Assembly (NCBI GenBank): GCA_964016885.1
Contig: OZ024743.1
Span: 341,806,001 to 341,870,000 of the forward strand
Direction of reading: 5' to 3'
Length of the DNA: 64,000 nucleotides
From: Eledone cirrhosa
Taxonomy: Eukaryota
Shown here: in pieces, positions 27,141 to 40,429 of the stretch
How positions within the stretch are numbered: the first letter of the stretch is position 1
How the letters are laid out: every line of letters starts with the position of its first letter
Made by a program: the position numbers and the translations under genes
Notes under the pieces: generated by a model
What the model was told of the DNA's origin: nothing
Database searches by the model: none
What the model saw: the letters and a program-made list of their open reading frames with translations, nothing else

Positions 27141-29970
27141 TTCGATAAAGAGAAAACATGACTGCTGCACAATAAATTATATATGTTATGTATATATATC
27201 ATATAATATTGCCTCCGTTTTATTTGAAGTGTGGGAAGCTAGAAAACAAAGCTTACAATAATATATGCATTGACATATTAATTATTCAAATGTGCTATAT
27301 GGTGTAACATCATCACCGAGCTTATGGGGGATTTATATTCGGGTCGAGTCAAGCCTTCCGAGCTAAGTTATGTAGACACAAAGCACAAAGTATAGAAATC
27401 CACCATGTAGACAGTGTCTGACATTCCATGGTGGAAATAATATTCTGCTTTGTTTAACCCTTTCATCTGGCCCGTGTGTGCAATATATTGAAGTGACTCT
27501 AATGTTTATGAGTAGAATTGGATATACAGAATCTTGGCGGAAATTTATCAGATGGACTGTACATATTCTAAAGGCGGACACTATCGTGTCACCTGGTTTA
27601 ACAAGACGTCATAACCACTGTGAATGAAGTCAGCTTCACTAAACTTGTTCTTAATTAGTAGATAAATCTGTTGCTAGGATGAACATTACCATCCGAGCCT
27701 TCCGTCCTTTAGCCATTTTCGACACAAACTTTAAGAGGGAAATTAGACAACAACTACTTGAAATCCCATCATATAGATTGTACAAGCCTTTGGCAAGTAA
27801 ACCTAATCCAGTTTAATACCTTCCTCTGGCCCTTGGATACTCTACAATGTACTAAATCGCTTTTATTTCGGCGCTCGTTGAATTACAAGTGACTAAAATT
27901 ATAATGCTGCAAGAATGTGAGTTCCAAACGTGACAGATACAAATAGTAGTTTAAAACATCTACAATATCTAAGGCAATGTATGGTAAATTAAAACAGCTA
28001 TAGCAGAGTCGTGTTGGGTGTCTGTAAAAAAACAATGTATTACTATATAAGATGATGTCGCTGTAGGTTTCAATTTGAAACACTGCCGAGGTTCGTTTGA
28101 GGTTTCATTGCTTTGTGATGAAAGAAAGCAAGAGTTATGTAACTGCTGTTAGGCTTTGACTGAAGGGTTCTATCATCAAAGATATTCCAGCCATAATCAT
28201 CACATTGCGTGTCTGCCCTATTTCTGTCATTTCGACTGACCACAATGTGTTTCCGCGCTGACTTGTATAAGTATCGATCTCTTATTTATTTATTAAAAAA
28301 ATATTTTTGTCACTTAAACATATAGACCCATCTAACTGGAACTTATCCTTCTTTTATGTGAAGTTAAGCGCTTGAGAGAACAAAACATGGCACCAGTCTT
28401 TCGGACCTTTAACCCGATTCTGCTGCTGATATTCATTTGCAGTTTAGTGAATTGGAACAACATCAAATGCTGTGCCTCGTTTAAGGATTCACCCTGCCAC
28501 CCGTTCTGGGGATTGAATCCACAACGTCATGAGAGCAACACCCTTCCCACTAGATTTTATGCTCACGCTAAATTACTTGGGTAGATTTAATCGACTGTTC
28601 CATCTACTTTAGTGCCATAGTAGCGATTAGACATAACATGCAGCGGATAGGTGGAATTGGTAGTAAAGCCCGGACATCTAGTTACGTATTTTTGCGTTCC
28701 TCCGTCAAATTCTACCGAGCATGACTTCGGCTTACATTTTTCCAAGGACTATAAAACTAGTAACAATCAGCAATGCCATGCTCATACGTCTCTGGTGTTG
28801 AGCCTCACTTAGAAATCAATATTATTAATGTATACATTTGAATGCCTTTAAATGTTGAGTGCAAATATTTATCAAATCACCTATGATAGGCAAGTACCAG
28901 CCAACTATTTAGGATTTATATAATTCACTATATTGATAAACAAAAATGTGAGGCTTCATGATTATAGTAGACAACAATATATTATCCCATTATCGAATAT
29001 GATGTTTAAAAAAATATTAAAATCTAAAATACAATCAATTACAATGATAACCATAGATTTCCAGAAGCTTGCAATTTATAACACTGGAAAAATTACAGAT
29101 TCACTTGAATATGAACTAAGAAAAACATTCACCTCATATGAATATAATTTAGTAGAAATGAAATAAATATGTATAAGAAATTGCATTGAACACTATTGAT
29201 TATTCTGGAGAATAATAAATCAAATGGTAGCATTGATATTAAAATATAATGTATGCATAAATATAATAATTAAAACCAAAACAGTGTTGTATTGATTTGA
29301 AGACAAATATATTATTAATTTTGTGCATGTTATAAACTCTAGGGAAATTATTGTAATATTGAGCGAGAAACGGAGGTTGAAAAGAATGTGATTTTCTTGT
29401 CATTTATTTCTTTATGAAATATATTAAGCCTGATAGTGGAAGATCTATAGTCACAGGCATTCAAACAAAGTCATTCGATTTTTATACATATATAGGACTA
29501 TGTTATTCATTATATCTTTCTTTTTTTTTTTCGTTTTTCTAGGTAGAGGGTGATCAGAGGAGAACTTGATTCCTATTTTGAGCATATCAAGAAACGGCAG
29601 GTACGTTGCCTCGAACTGGAGTTGGTTATATAATATATATTTATTTTCCATATGGGAAACAGTTTTGTTTCAAACTTGGTAAATTTTCAACCATAACCTT
29701 TTTCAAAGTCTCCCGAGCCAAAATAGAAGTGTCTGATCAGCGGAAAATAGCATTCAAATTTACCACAATCTGTATGGCACTAACGCAAAATTAAAGTTAA
29801 AAGCACAATCCATATGTAGAACTTCCATACAGTTTGGATCTACTCAATTTCACTCTCGCCTTGGTAAATAACACTTGCCCAACCCGCAGTATGACATAGA
29901 CCCAAATACCCAAATTTAATGATTGTTAAATAAACCTCCTAAATAGCCGATACCGTTGCGTCTGCAACAT

Positions 29971-30015
<45 letters not shown>

Positions 30016-30021
<6 letters not shown>

Positions 30022-30720
30022 AAATAAAATAAATAAGTCTAATGTTTAAAATTTGGCTTCGTTTATTACTACTATATATATTTCGGTGACAGCTATCTTT
30101 GGCTGTGACCCCATCAGGCAGTCCGAATTAATGTGGTGGAGACGAGTACACATGTTGTTGAAGTGTTTAACAACATGTGTACTGATATGCCCAGTCCCTG
30201 ATTGGTTTGTTGTTTCACTGAGGAATTGGAATCATATGAATTTAAACAAACGAATTTCAGCGTCAAAGGACATCTTCACCTCTCATTGGTCAGTTGTGAG
30301 AACATTCCTCAGACAACAGTCTACAGAAATTCGTTCTGAGGCAAGGCAATCTGTAGTGGTTGTTCTTGTTATTGTTAAGTACATCTGACCTCTACTCTTA
30401 TGTTGGTAGTGGTGTTGGTGTCAGCTCAAAAAAATGATAAATTGGTAGAAGGAATGAGATGGTAAAGGAACAAAATAAAATAATCAAATAAAATGTGTGT
30501 GTGTTATACCTAATCTCAATGTTATAAAAATGTGTGAGGTTAAACACAAATTTAAACACGAAGTTAAACACCTCAACAATATGTGTACTCGTCTCCACCA
30601 CACTAATTCGGACTACCTGAAGAAGTCACAGCCAAAGATGACTGTCAGCGAAATAGATATAGCAGTAATAAACGAAGCCAAATTTTAAACATTTGAATTA
30701 TTTATTTTATTTTATTTTAC
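30016..30720 (+). mobile_element. Miniature PLE derivative: inverted arms 30016-30172 / 30562-30720, each with a hammerhead
   Basis: + copy 30612-30666: actac-CTGAAGA-agtcacagccaaagatgactgtcagc-GAAA-tagata-TA-gcagt. - copy 30068-30122: actgc-CTGATGG..GAAA-tatata-TA-gtagt. Confidence 0.72.
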
Positions 30721-30834
30721 ATTACTCCGGAGTAACCAAACCAACCTGCACACTTCATCGAGTGCTCCAATCTGCATACTGAGGTGTTGGTATACAACCA
30801 ACATATACTCAATATATATATATATACTGTATAC

Positions 30835-31320
30835 ATACAAATAGTAAAACAATGAAATTAAACAGAAAACGGTTAATTCATAGTACAATTCATCTTTTTT
30901 ACGATCGTTCCTGGGGGGGGGGGTAATTCCCCGTATGTCCATTCTATTATTGATCTATGTAAAATATATTACAAAATATCATAGTAAGAAATATATTTCT
31001 GAAGATGGCGGGTTGTGAAGACGTATGTATATTTTCTTACTATGATATTTTATAATATATTTTACATAGATTAATAATAGAATAGACATACGGGGAACTA
31101 GGACCCAGAAACGATCGAAAAAATGAGTTGTGCTATGAATTAGCCGTTTTTTGTTTAATTTCATTGTTTTACTATTTGTATTTTTGACTCAGTATCCAAT
31201 GAATTGTATTGTTGAAAATTTTATATTTTAAACTTTGCTTCACGACATCTTCTACATACGGATTACATTGAGTTTTTCATACGGTTTAGACCCTACCATT
31301 AATTGGTGGATTTATCTTTA
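30835..31320 (+). mobile_element. Solo pLTR related to PLE-2, with a fold-back (arms 30835-30996 / 31028-31181) and a decayed long-stem-II hammerhead
   Basis: tttCTGAAGAtggcg ... GAAAcgatcg and the downstream tail align with 10821-11161. Confidence 0.68.
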
Positions 31321-31823
31321 TACTGTATATATATATATGTGTGTGTGTATATATAATTTTATATATATATATATAAATTTCATAATAAATACCCAAGTGG
31401 GTAGAGCAGTCAATCCTGGGGACGTTTTGTGTTATATAAAATATTTCATTTCATTTATATTATATTATTCAAATACGCATGTTTCACTAGGTGGGTCTAA
31501 GACTTTCTCAGTTCATCAGTACGTTCATATTTTTTCATAAAGAGTTCAAAAGAAAGCGGCAATAGTTATCAAACGGTTAAATTTGTTGAGAGGGTGGCAC
31601 ATAGGGTAGCTTAGTCGATTTTAATTAGGAAGTATTTCCTTATTAGAGGGTTTAAAGAAGTTAATTTTTCATAGAGACAGGTGAAGTGTGTCTCAAAGTG
31701 TGTTTGCGTTGTCTGTGTGGGGTATTTTCAAACTGGGATTTTTCATTTTTCAAATAAATATTTGAACACGTGTGAAGATCTTGGAATTAGGCAATTACTC
31801 GTCGATTAAAATATCTAAGGCTT

Positions 31824-31895
<72 letters not shown>

Positions 31896-31908
31896 AGTAT
31901 ATATATTA

Positions 31909-32010
31909 ATAATAATAAATGTGAAGACTAAAATCCAAAGAGTTTCAGAAGATCCCGTTAAGGTTGAAAGCAGCGATTCTTCGCTTAAACTTTAATCTGT
32001 TGTTTTAATA
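31909..32010 (+). ncRNA. CAGAAGA-core hammerhead-like motif (31941-31991) in an internally deleted copy of the 11195-11967 element
   Basis: agttt-CAGAAGA-tcccgttaaggtt-GAAA-gcagcgattcttcgc-TT-aaact. Confidence 0.55.
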
Positions 32011-32031
32011 ATAATAACACTAATAATAATG

Positions 32032-32068
<37 letters not shown>

Positions 32069-32069
<1 letters not shown>

Positions 32070-35000
32070 CGAGGTAAACTGTAACACTTCGAATCCCAGG
32101 GTTGGGGCGGAATCACTGGCAACAGAACAAATTAAAGAAAGGATCGAAAAAGTGGAGGGAGTGCATGCTCAGGATGAAACTCCAAATGAAAATAATGAGA
32201 TCGTAAATGATAAAGAAATGAATGAGAATGAACTTGCCAACTTGAAGGATGAAATTATGATCGAATGGATGAAAATGAAAGAATCTGACATGGGGGAACG
32301 AGACACCCTCCCTAAGATCCAGAACTCCAAACAGAACCAAAAGATAATACACAAGACTAACATAATTCTCAAAAACATTATCATCACAAACAAACTAAAC
32401 ATTACTGACTTAAATCATCTCTATTATGCATCGGCTAAAGTCAGCACTCACTTATGTGGAGTGAAGATGAAAAAACAAAGGAATTCCCACAAGAAATCCA
32501 CTTAGCAAGAGAACATCAATCGCCAAATAAACCTTCTCCGATCTGACATATAAAATTTTAACAAACTATAAAGTAGGTGAACATGTTAAACAAACTAAAC
32601 TTAGAAAATTGAAAAAAAAAGTACAGTATAAAATCAACATGTGACATAGACATGCTGATAGAAATAATCAAGCAAAAAGTGTCGGCCAAAGCTGCTCGTA
32701 TAAGGCGCTTTGAAAAACGATCTAGATTCTATAAGGACAATAATATGTTCAAAAACAACCAAAGAAACTTCTACAGAAAAATTGGTAAGTCAACAATAAC
32801 TGCTAAATCAATACCACCCAAGGAGGAAGTGCAAGAATTCTGGGAAAAGATCTGGGCCGAAGAAAAAGTTCATAACATACATGCCTCATGGATAGACAGA
32901 CAAATGAAAGATACAGCTCACCTTGAGGAACAAACATGGGAAAATATAACAGTTGAACAGTTGCACTTGGCTCTAAGAAAATCCAGCAAATGGAAATACC
33001 CAGGAAAAGACAAAATACAAAGCTTTTGGATAAATGCCTTCACAGAGTCTCTGTGAAGGCATTTATCCAAATGAGCTGTTAGCCCAACTTTACAATGAAA
33101 TAGTTAAGGAGCCAGAAAAGATACCTTCATGGCTAGTTAACGGCATTACATTCCTGCTTCCGAAGAATGATGAGACAAACAATCCCAAAAATTACAGACC
33201 GATAACTTGCTTGACCACAATGTATAAAATTTTAACATCAGTCCTAACTGAATACACATATGACCACCTGATAACAAATGACCTATTTCCCATTGAGCAG
33301 AAAGGGTGTAAACGAGGCTCATATGGCTGTAAGGATCAGCTTCTGGTTAACAAAATGATACTGGAAGATTGTCATAATAGACACAAAAATCTATCGATTG
33401 CTTGGATAGATTATAAAAAAGCATTCGATAGTTTGCCACACAGTTGGATTGAAAAATGTTTAGAGATTTTCAAAATATCCCCCGTTGTCAGGAGGTTTTT
33501 GTCATTCAGTATGAAGACATGGAAAACGACACTCCTTTTGAATAGTGAAACAAAATCACTGGAAGCTGGAGAAGTTAATATTAATTGTGGAATTTTTCAG
33601 GGTGACTCTTTATCACCGCTTTTATTCTGCATCGCCCTTATACCATTAAGTAAAATGCTCAATGAAGCAAAACATGGATATAAAGTCTATGACAAAACCA
33701 TTAATCACCTGTTCTACATGGATGACCTGAAACTATTTACAAAAAATGATGAACAATTGCAAGGGCTATTATCCACTGTGAAGCAGTTCAGTGATGACAT
33801 TAAAATGGAGTTTGGACTGGATAAATGCGCCAAAGCAACGTTCAGCAGAGGAAAGCTGCTGAAGAGTTCAGACATTAATCTTGATCGGGGGAACGTGATA
33901 AGAGAACTTGATCAAGAAAAAACTTACAAATATCTAGGTGTTTGTGAAGGAGACGGAATCAAGCACTCGACAATGAGGGAAAGGATAAGGAAGGAATGTT
34001 ACCGCAGAGTAAGAGCAATCTTAAGAACGGAATTGAATGCAAAGAATAGGATCGATGCCATAAACACGCTTGCGATACCAGTAGTAACCTACAGTTACAA
34101 TGTCATCAACTGGTCAAGCACAGAGATCCGTAGGCTCAATACAAAATTTCGAAAATTCTTAACCATGCACAGAATGCATCACCCTAAGGCAGATATAGAT
34201 AGAATATATCTCCCTAGGAAAGAAGGAGGACGTGGGTTAATCCAGTTAGACATTGCGTTGAAAACTGCAACAATTGGATTATCTACATATCTAAGGGAAT
34301 CACATGATCGGATGATCAAACTCGTTTTGAAACACGAAAGCATTAAAAGATCATATTCCATTACAAAAGATGGACAAAGATACAGTAATGGACTACAAAT
34401 TTCAGAAGTCCCATTTACTGCTGAAATGGAAAACACAGAAAAAGCAAAGCAGGTAAAAGTAACTGCAAAGAAAGAACTGTTACAGAAACTGGTTAAGAAA
34501 TGGCAAGAAAAGCCTCTGTATGGAAAATACCCAGAGCGAGCTAACAATCCTGATGTTGACAAAACTTTAACCCATCAGTGGTTGGCATCCTCTGGACTGA
34601 AATCGGAGACTGAAGGACTGATTATATCGGCACAAGATCAGTGCCTGCCAACAAAAAATTACCAAGCCAACATAATAAAAAATGGGTGCAGCCCATTATG
34701 CCGTGTATGCAAAAAAAACAAAAAAAAAAAAAACAACCTGAGACCATTGACCATATAATTTCAATGTGCAGTCCTATAGCTCCAACCGAATACCTAAACA
34801 GGCATGACAGAGCTGCACCAAACATACATTGTATAATGTGTAAGCATTTTGACCTGCCCCATCAAAAGAATTGGTGGGAGCATCAACCACCTCCCATACT
34901 TGAAAAAGATCACATTTCAATCTTGTGGAACTTTAGCATCCAAACAGAATGAAAAATAGATGCAAACAGACCTGATATAATATTGAAAGACTTTCAAAAG

Positions 35001-35425
35001 AGGGTATGCCTGCTAATTGATATGTCTGTTCCAATAGACAAGAATGTATCAATAAAAACATTTGAAAAATTGAGCAAGTATAAGGACCTGGAGATAGAAA
35101 TTGGAAAAATGTGGAAATTGAGAACTAAAACAATACCAGTGGTTGTAGGCGCTCTAGGAATGATACCTAAGGGGTCTAATGATTACTTATCGCAAATCCC
35201 AGGAAACCCGCGTATAGGAGAAATACAAAAGATAGTACTAATGGGAACTGCCCATATACTAAGGAAGATTCTGTCAATATAAGTACATCACAAGTCTAAA
35301 CACTAAAGATGCATGTGTGAATATGTATGTTCTTTCTTGAACATGGCGGACCTTGTTGTCTCTTGAGGTCACTGGTTGTGACTTGGTGATAACTCGTATG
35401 AACATAAAGCAAGATAAATGCAACT

Positions 35426-35426
<1 letters not shown>
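32069..35426 (+). mobile_element. Dong/R4-clade non-LTR retrotransposon (RT + restriction-like endonuclease), near full length, frameshifted, flanked by (TAA)n
   Basis: NYRPITCL, WIDYKKAFDS, GIFQGDSLSPLLF, HLFYMDDLKL, CRVC..ETIDHIISMC..RHD, RPDII..IDMSVP..EKLSKYKDL; (AAT)n at 32007-32068 and 35427-35468. Confidence 0.92.
33034..34758 (+). CDS. Reverse transcriptase segment of the Dong/R4 element (574-aa open stretch)
   Basis: RT motifs including YMDD, uninterrupted until an A-run frameshift near 34710-34740. Confidence 0.85.
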   Translation: MPSQSLCEGIYPNELLAQLYNEIVKEPEKIPSWLVNGITFLLPKNDETNNPKNYRPITCLTTMYKILTSVLTEYTYDHLITNDLFPIEQKGCKRGSYGCKDQLLVNKMILEDCHNRHKNLSIAWIDYKKAFDSLPHSWIEKCLEIFKISPVVRRFLSFSMKTWKTTLLLNSETKSLEAGEVNINCGIFQGDSLSPLLFCIALIPLSKMLNEAKHGYKVYDKTINHLFYMDDLKLFTKNDEQLQGLLSTVKQFSDDIKMEFGLDKCAKATFSRGKLLKSSDINLDRGNVIRELDQEKTYKYLGVCEGDGIKHSTMRERIRKECYRRVRAILRTELNAKNRIDAINTLAIPVVTYSYNVINWSSTEIRRLNTKFRKFLTMHRMHHPKADIDRIYLPRKEGGRGLIQLDIALKTATIGLSTYLRESHDRMIKLVLKHESIKRSYSITKDGQRYSNGLQISEVPFTAEMENTEKAKQVKVTAKKELLQKLVKKWQEKPLYGKYPERANNPDVDKTLTHQWLASSGLKSETEGLIISAQDQCLPTKNYQANIIKNGCSPLCRVCKKNKKKKNNLRPLTI

Positions 35427-35469
<43 letters not shown>

Positions 35470-35491
35470 TATTATTATTATTATTATTATT

Positions 35492-36652
35492 GTTGTTATT
35501 CCTTGAATCTCAGTCATTGATGTTGGTTAACTGGAAAGTCCGTTGGATTGAATATCAAGCCACTACCTGCAGCCTCAGATATTCAGGACGTATCGGAGGG
35601 TTATTGCTGTTCCAAGCAAGCATGCCTTTTGAAGCGTTCCAAAAAGCGTGAAGGGGCCGATATTCTTTAACCATCCCTGGAAACTTTTGGAGATAGTCCC
35701 CAGTGCGCCTATGACAATCGGGATCACTTTGACTTCATGGCAGTTCCAAATCCTTTTCACCTCCCACTTTAGGTCCTGGTATCGGTTAATTTTCTCCCTC
35801 TCCTTCTCTTGCACTCTCGTGTCGAAAGGGCAGGCCACATCCACAATCAGACACGATCTTTTTTCTTTGTCCACAACCACCAGGTCAGGTCTATTGTGTT
35901 CCAGTTTTTTGTCCGTCTGTATCCTAAAATCCCACAGCACCTTCACCTGATTGTTCTCCATCACCGCCTCTGGCCTATGCTCATACCATTTCTCAGAATG
36001 TGGTAAATTGTTTACTTTGCACAGGTGCCAGTGGATCACCCTGCCCATCACATCGTGTCTCCAGCCCTTATAGTGGGTCTGGGCTAGGTGTTTACACAAT
36101 GTGAGCCACAGTCTCCTCTCTCTCTCCACAGATCCTGCACAGTGGGCTAGCCTCCTCCTTGTAGATATGGTGCTTCAACCACTTCGTTTTGAGGGCCTGC
36201 TCCTGCGCAGCCATTAGCATTCCTTCTGTAGCCTTTTTGAGGTCTCCTCTTCTCAACCAGTTCCATGTCTGTGGATCTCTAAATTCAGTTTTCTCAAAGA
36301 AGGTACTATGAAGGGATTTTCCCTTAAGGCTGCTCTTCCTCCTTGATGTTATTTCCTCCTTGGACACCCCCTGGCCTACTGTCCCCTCCTTCAATACAGT
36401 TCTGAGCATTGGCTCCTTACTATAGGTCACGTATTTGTATAGGTTGTTTTTCTCCATCTGAACACAGTCCTCTATGCTGATGAGACCTCTTCCACCCTCA
36501 GATCTCCTTAGGTAGAGTCTATCGACATCACTCCTCTTGTGGAACATGTTGTAGATAGTCAATAGCTTCCTAGTCTTCCTATCCATTTCTTTTTGTTCAG
36601 CAACATTCCATCTCAGAATTCCCGCACTGTACCTAATAATAGACACAGGCAA
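35492..36652 (-). mobile_element. Second Dong/R4-clade element, 5'-truncated, tail-to-tail with the first
   Basis: RLYLRRSEGGRGL, CRICGEREETVAHIV, RHDVMG, NRPDLVVVD..IVDVACP..EKINRYQDL, PIVIGALG; minus-strand (TAA)n tail at 35469-35491. Confidence 0.9.
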
Positions 36653-36810
36653 ATTAAGCCACCCTTACTTCCCACCAAATGCCATGATAGACTTATTTGT
36701 GTTTACAACAAATTTTAACCAATCCTCTTGACAACTACGATCTTCCCATATAAGGAAGTAGCCCCTTGACAAGTTCGGCTATTTATTCACCAGGCTAAAA
36801 ATTCTAATTT

Positions 36811-36947
36811 AGTCCAGAAATAGCCGTCGAAACGGCTTGAGCTCTGCCGTCGGGGTTATACTTTTCCCTATTTCCCACTCTACTACCCTAAGTATTGAGT
36901 ACTCTAGTGCGTTACGGTCCATCTGTTTCCTTACCACAATTCCTTTG

Positions 36948-36950
<3 letters not shown>
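36811..36950 (+). repeat. Copy of the hairpin-bearing short repeat (agccgtcgaaacggct)
   Basis: Homologous to 4245-4441 and 47677-47810. Confidence 0.7.
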
Positions 36951-36995
<45 letters not shown>

Positions 36996-38094
36996 ATGCA
37001 GTAAAAAGCAGAGTTTACCTTATATGAGATATTAAAGATATAATGATGTGTATATTGTAAACCGAACTCCCGGAAAAAGATAGATATGTGCCTTTTGATC
37101 TAGTGATTAAATTTAACGGGCGGATTTGTTTCAAATTGATTCTTGTTTTTCCCAATAATTTTTGATGTGAAAAATCTTTAAAGTTATTTTAATCATAATT
37201 ATTGAAAGTAATCAATTTTTAGTTTGTGTTTTAATGTTTTAATGCTTTCTGTTATAATGTTTATTGTGATCTCCTCCGTTATTGTTCTACCTGTTTATCT
37301 TATTGCTATTTTCTACAATATCCTGTTTAAATTTCTTTGTCATTATTTCTAAATTCTTCGGATATTTCAATTGTTATGAACTGACAGATTTATTGTTTCA
37401 GTTTATTGATAGCTTGCTGAAGTGTTCATAGCTTTGTTTATAACTTTATTACTAGTCGTTTGTCTTGGTATGATGATTGTATTAATAAAGGGTAAATGTC
37501 ACACTTTAATGGTAAGGAAATTACTTTAACCAGCACTCCGAAAGATATTCAATACACGAAATAATTAATTGTTGCATTGAACATAAAAAAATTCAGATAA
37601 AGATTCTTTCTTAAGTATTCAGCTGCCTGCAGGATGGGTATAAATAATGGTTTGATAAACTACAAATATATTGTATATAAAGTACAGTGTAGCAAATAAG
37701 GGTTTATACACTTAGAATTTATGAATCATAGTATGCATCATTATAAATGTATGAAGTTCTTAGATCGTAGACACCATCCGAATGAAATGATTCCCCGCAA
37801 AGCATCCTAAAGGCAGATATTTTGTTCAAGTGAAGAAAATAGTATAATCACGTCCCTTCTTATATAAATATTGCACAGCGAGAATATATTTAGTAGGCAA
37901 TAAAAAATATACTACGTGTTGCCCCCTAAAATCTTGCGAAAGGAGTACAGTGCTCTTTTTCTAACTTCATTAACATGCAATTTAACAAACAAATATATAA
38001 ACTTTGTGATCTAGGAAGTTATATACTCAACTTGTTCGAACATTCGATAGGCAATGCCAAGATGTATACATGTATATATGTAAATATAAATATA

Positions 38095-40150
38095 TACAGA
38101 GCCATCCTCAGCATTCTCGTGTAGCCCTCATCCACCATTTGAGTGAGTTTCTGGGTCAGTGTCCAAGTCTCAGACCTGTATAGTAGCACAGACTCCACTG
38201 TAGTAACGAAGAGGCGGATCTTCAGGTCTTTACGAAGGTCTGACTTCCACACCGCTCCCAAACTGTGGCACGTCGTCCAGGCTTTGTTCTTCCACTCAAC
38301 CATATCATTCTCTGTTTTCATAATCTTTGCTCCCAGATACGGAAAATCCACAACCAACTCTAGAGGCTTCCCGCATACATTCAGAATTTTCTCCGGCTTC
38401 TTAATGTTCTCTACCAGATACTTCGCCTTAATCTCATTCATTCTCAGCTCCACACTCATCAGCATAGTCTCCACCTCCTGCATCAATTCCTCTGCCTCCT
38501 TCACTTAACAGAGCTATGTCGCCAGCAAATTCAGCATCTGATATCTTTATAGCCTTAACTACTCTACTTTGAGCCAGTGTAACAGTAAGGCCACAGTCCT
38601 GGTAGTCCTCCAGGGCAATGCGCATACAATAGTCCACTGCGATTATAAAAAGGTAGGGAGCCAATGTATCTCTCTGGAGCACTCCAGCTAGTGTCTCAAA
38701 GGACTCCATCATCCCGTCATGTTTAATAACTCGGGCTATGGTGCTGATGTAGAGCAGTGATATCAGGTCCACTATCCACTATCCATAAGCCTGCAAGATC
38801 TTCGTCAGGCAGTTTCGGTCCACAGAATCAAAGGCCTTCCTAAAATCAAGGAGAACCATGACAACAGGAAGGCACTTTGTTCTAGTTCCCTCTAATATCT
38901 TCTTCGGCATCAGAATGTGACTGGTGGTTGATCTTCCCTCATTGAAGCCGTTCTCGTATTCTCGGGCTGGATCCTGTTAAGAATCATCTTGTTGATGTTC
39001 TTTGACACATGTGATGTCAGTAAGACCCAACTGTAGTTGTTGGTGTTAGAGAAATCTCCCTCCTTTGGCACAATGACGATGTTACTGATTGTCCACTGAT
39101 TCGGGGCAACTCCTTTCTCTAGTGCCTGTATAGAGAACTCCAGGATGATATCATCAAAAGCACACCTCTTCATCACCTCCGATGCTATTCCATCTTCTCT
39201 ATGGGTCTTCCTCTCTTTGATCTTTTTCTTGGCTCTCTGAAGCTCCTCTCTGGCGAAGGGTACTGTCTAAATATCCAGTTCCTCAAACAGCTGCCTGATC
39301 TCCCCAGTGATCTGGGCTTTGGAAGGTGGCTTTCCTAGTAGGGTCTTAAAATCGTCCAGGCATTTCCTCCTCCAATCCATGGGCCTTGTTCCCTGCATCT
39401 GACTCGAACTCGCTCTCTTCCTTCCTGTGATATCGTACATGGTCGTCCAGCTCTATTTACACCTAGACCTGTCAACCGCACTTCTGATCTTCTCTATCAA
39501 CGCCTCCTCTCTGGCCACAGTGCAAGCGGTACAGAGTTATTCCTTTATCACCTCCATATTCTCCTTCCTCTCCTCCATAGAATTAGCATGGAGTTAGTCC
39601 TTCACAGCTTGCAAGTGTTCTCTGGCTGCACACACTTTTGGGTCTGCAGAGCTGACTTTCTTCCTCTTGTTCTCTCTCCTCGACAGTGTGGACTTGCTTC
39701 GGCCACTGCATTGGTGAAGTACCTATACCTCCTCGTCACACTCTCCTCAGTCCCTCGAATGTCTCTTTCCTCTGCCTCTCTACGCAGAGCACTGAATCTG
39801 TTCCTCACTTCTACTGTCTACCTCTCCTGTAGCCTACCATCTTCCGTCAAAGCTCCCCAGTCATAGATTGCTCTCTTGGGCTGAGCATTACTCTTCCTTA
39901 ACCTAACCTGGACCTCATTCATAACAAGCCGGTGGTCACTGCCCGGTGTAATGAAATAATTGTATGGTTCTGTGTTCAGAACACTATTCCGCCACTTCTT
40001 CCTCACGAGAATGAAATCAATCTGGGACTTGGACAGGTGCATATCAGAGAGTTAAGTCCACAACTTCCCCGGATTCTTCCTAAACCTTAGTTTGTTTGCC
40101 ATCAATTTCGCCTCCAGCAGGGTGCCCCTCAGTAGTCTCCTATTTGTCCT
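38095..40150 (-). mobile_element. RTE-like LINE body (C-terminal APE + RT), decayed, 3'-truncated
   Basis: IDFILV..GSDHRLV, VPKEGD..NY, DFRKAFDSVD, GVLQRDTLAPYLF, EFAGDIALL, FPYLG, ETWTLT..GYTRMLR. Confidence 0.88.
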
Positions 40151-40429
40151 GGGCATGAAATTAAACTGCATCCAGTGGAAATGCTCCATTTCGAGAGTTC
40201 AGGAGCTGTGGGGAATATGGATAATGTGGAGTAACCCCTTAGTTGTTATCACTCCTAGAGCTGCTCTAGCCAGGAGTAGTAGTACCTGTTATGGTCCCAA
40301 TTATGTGTTAAATAATTACCTTACTCGAGTGGCGCCGGTAAGGTATTATCAGCCATTGAAAAGAACGTATTTAATGTATTTAACGGCAGTAGGGCTAGAG
40401 CCCCTAACTACATCGTCAAGGAGCAGTCT

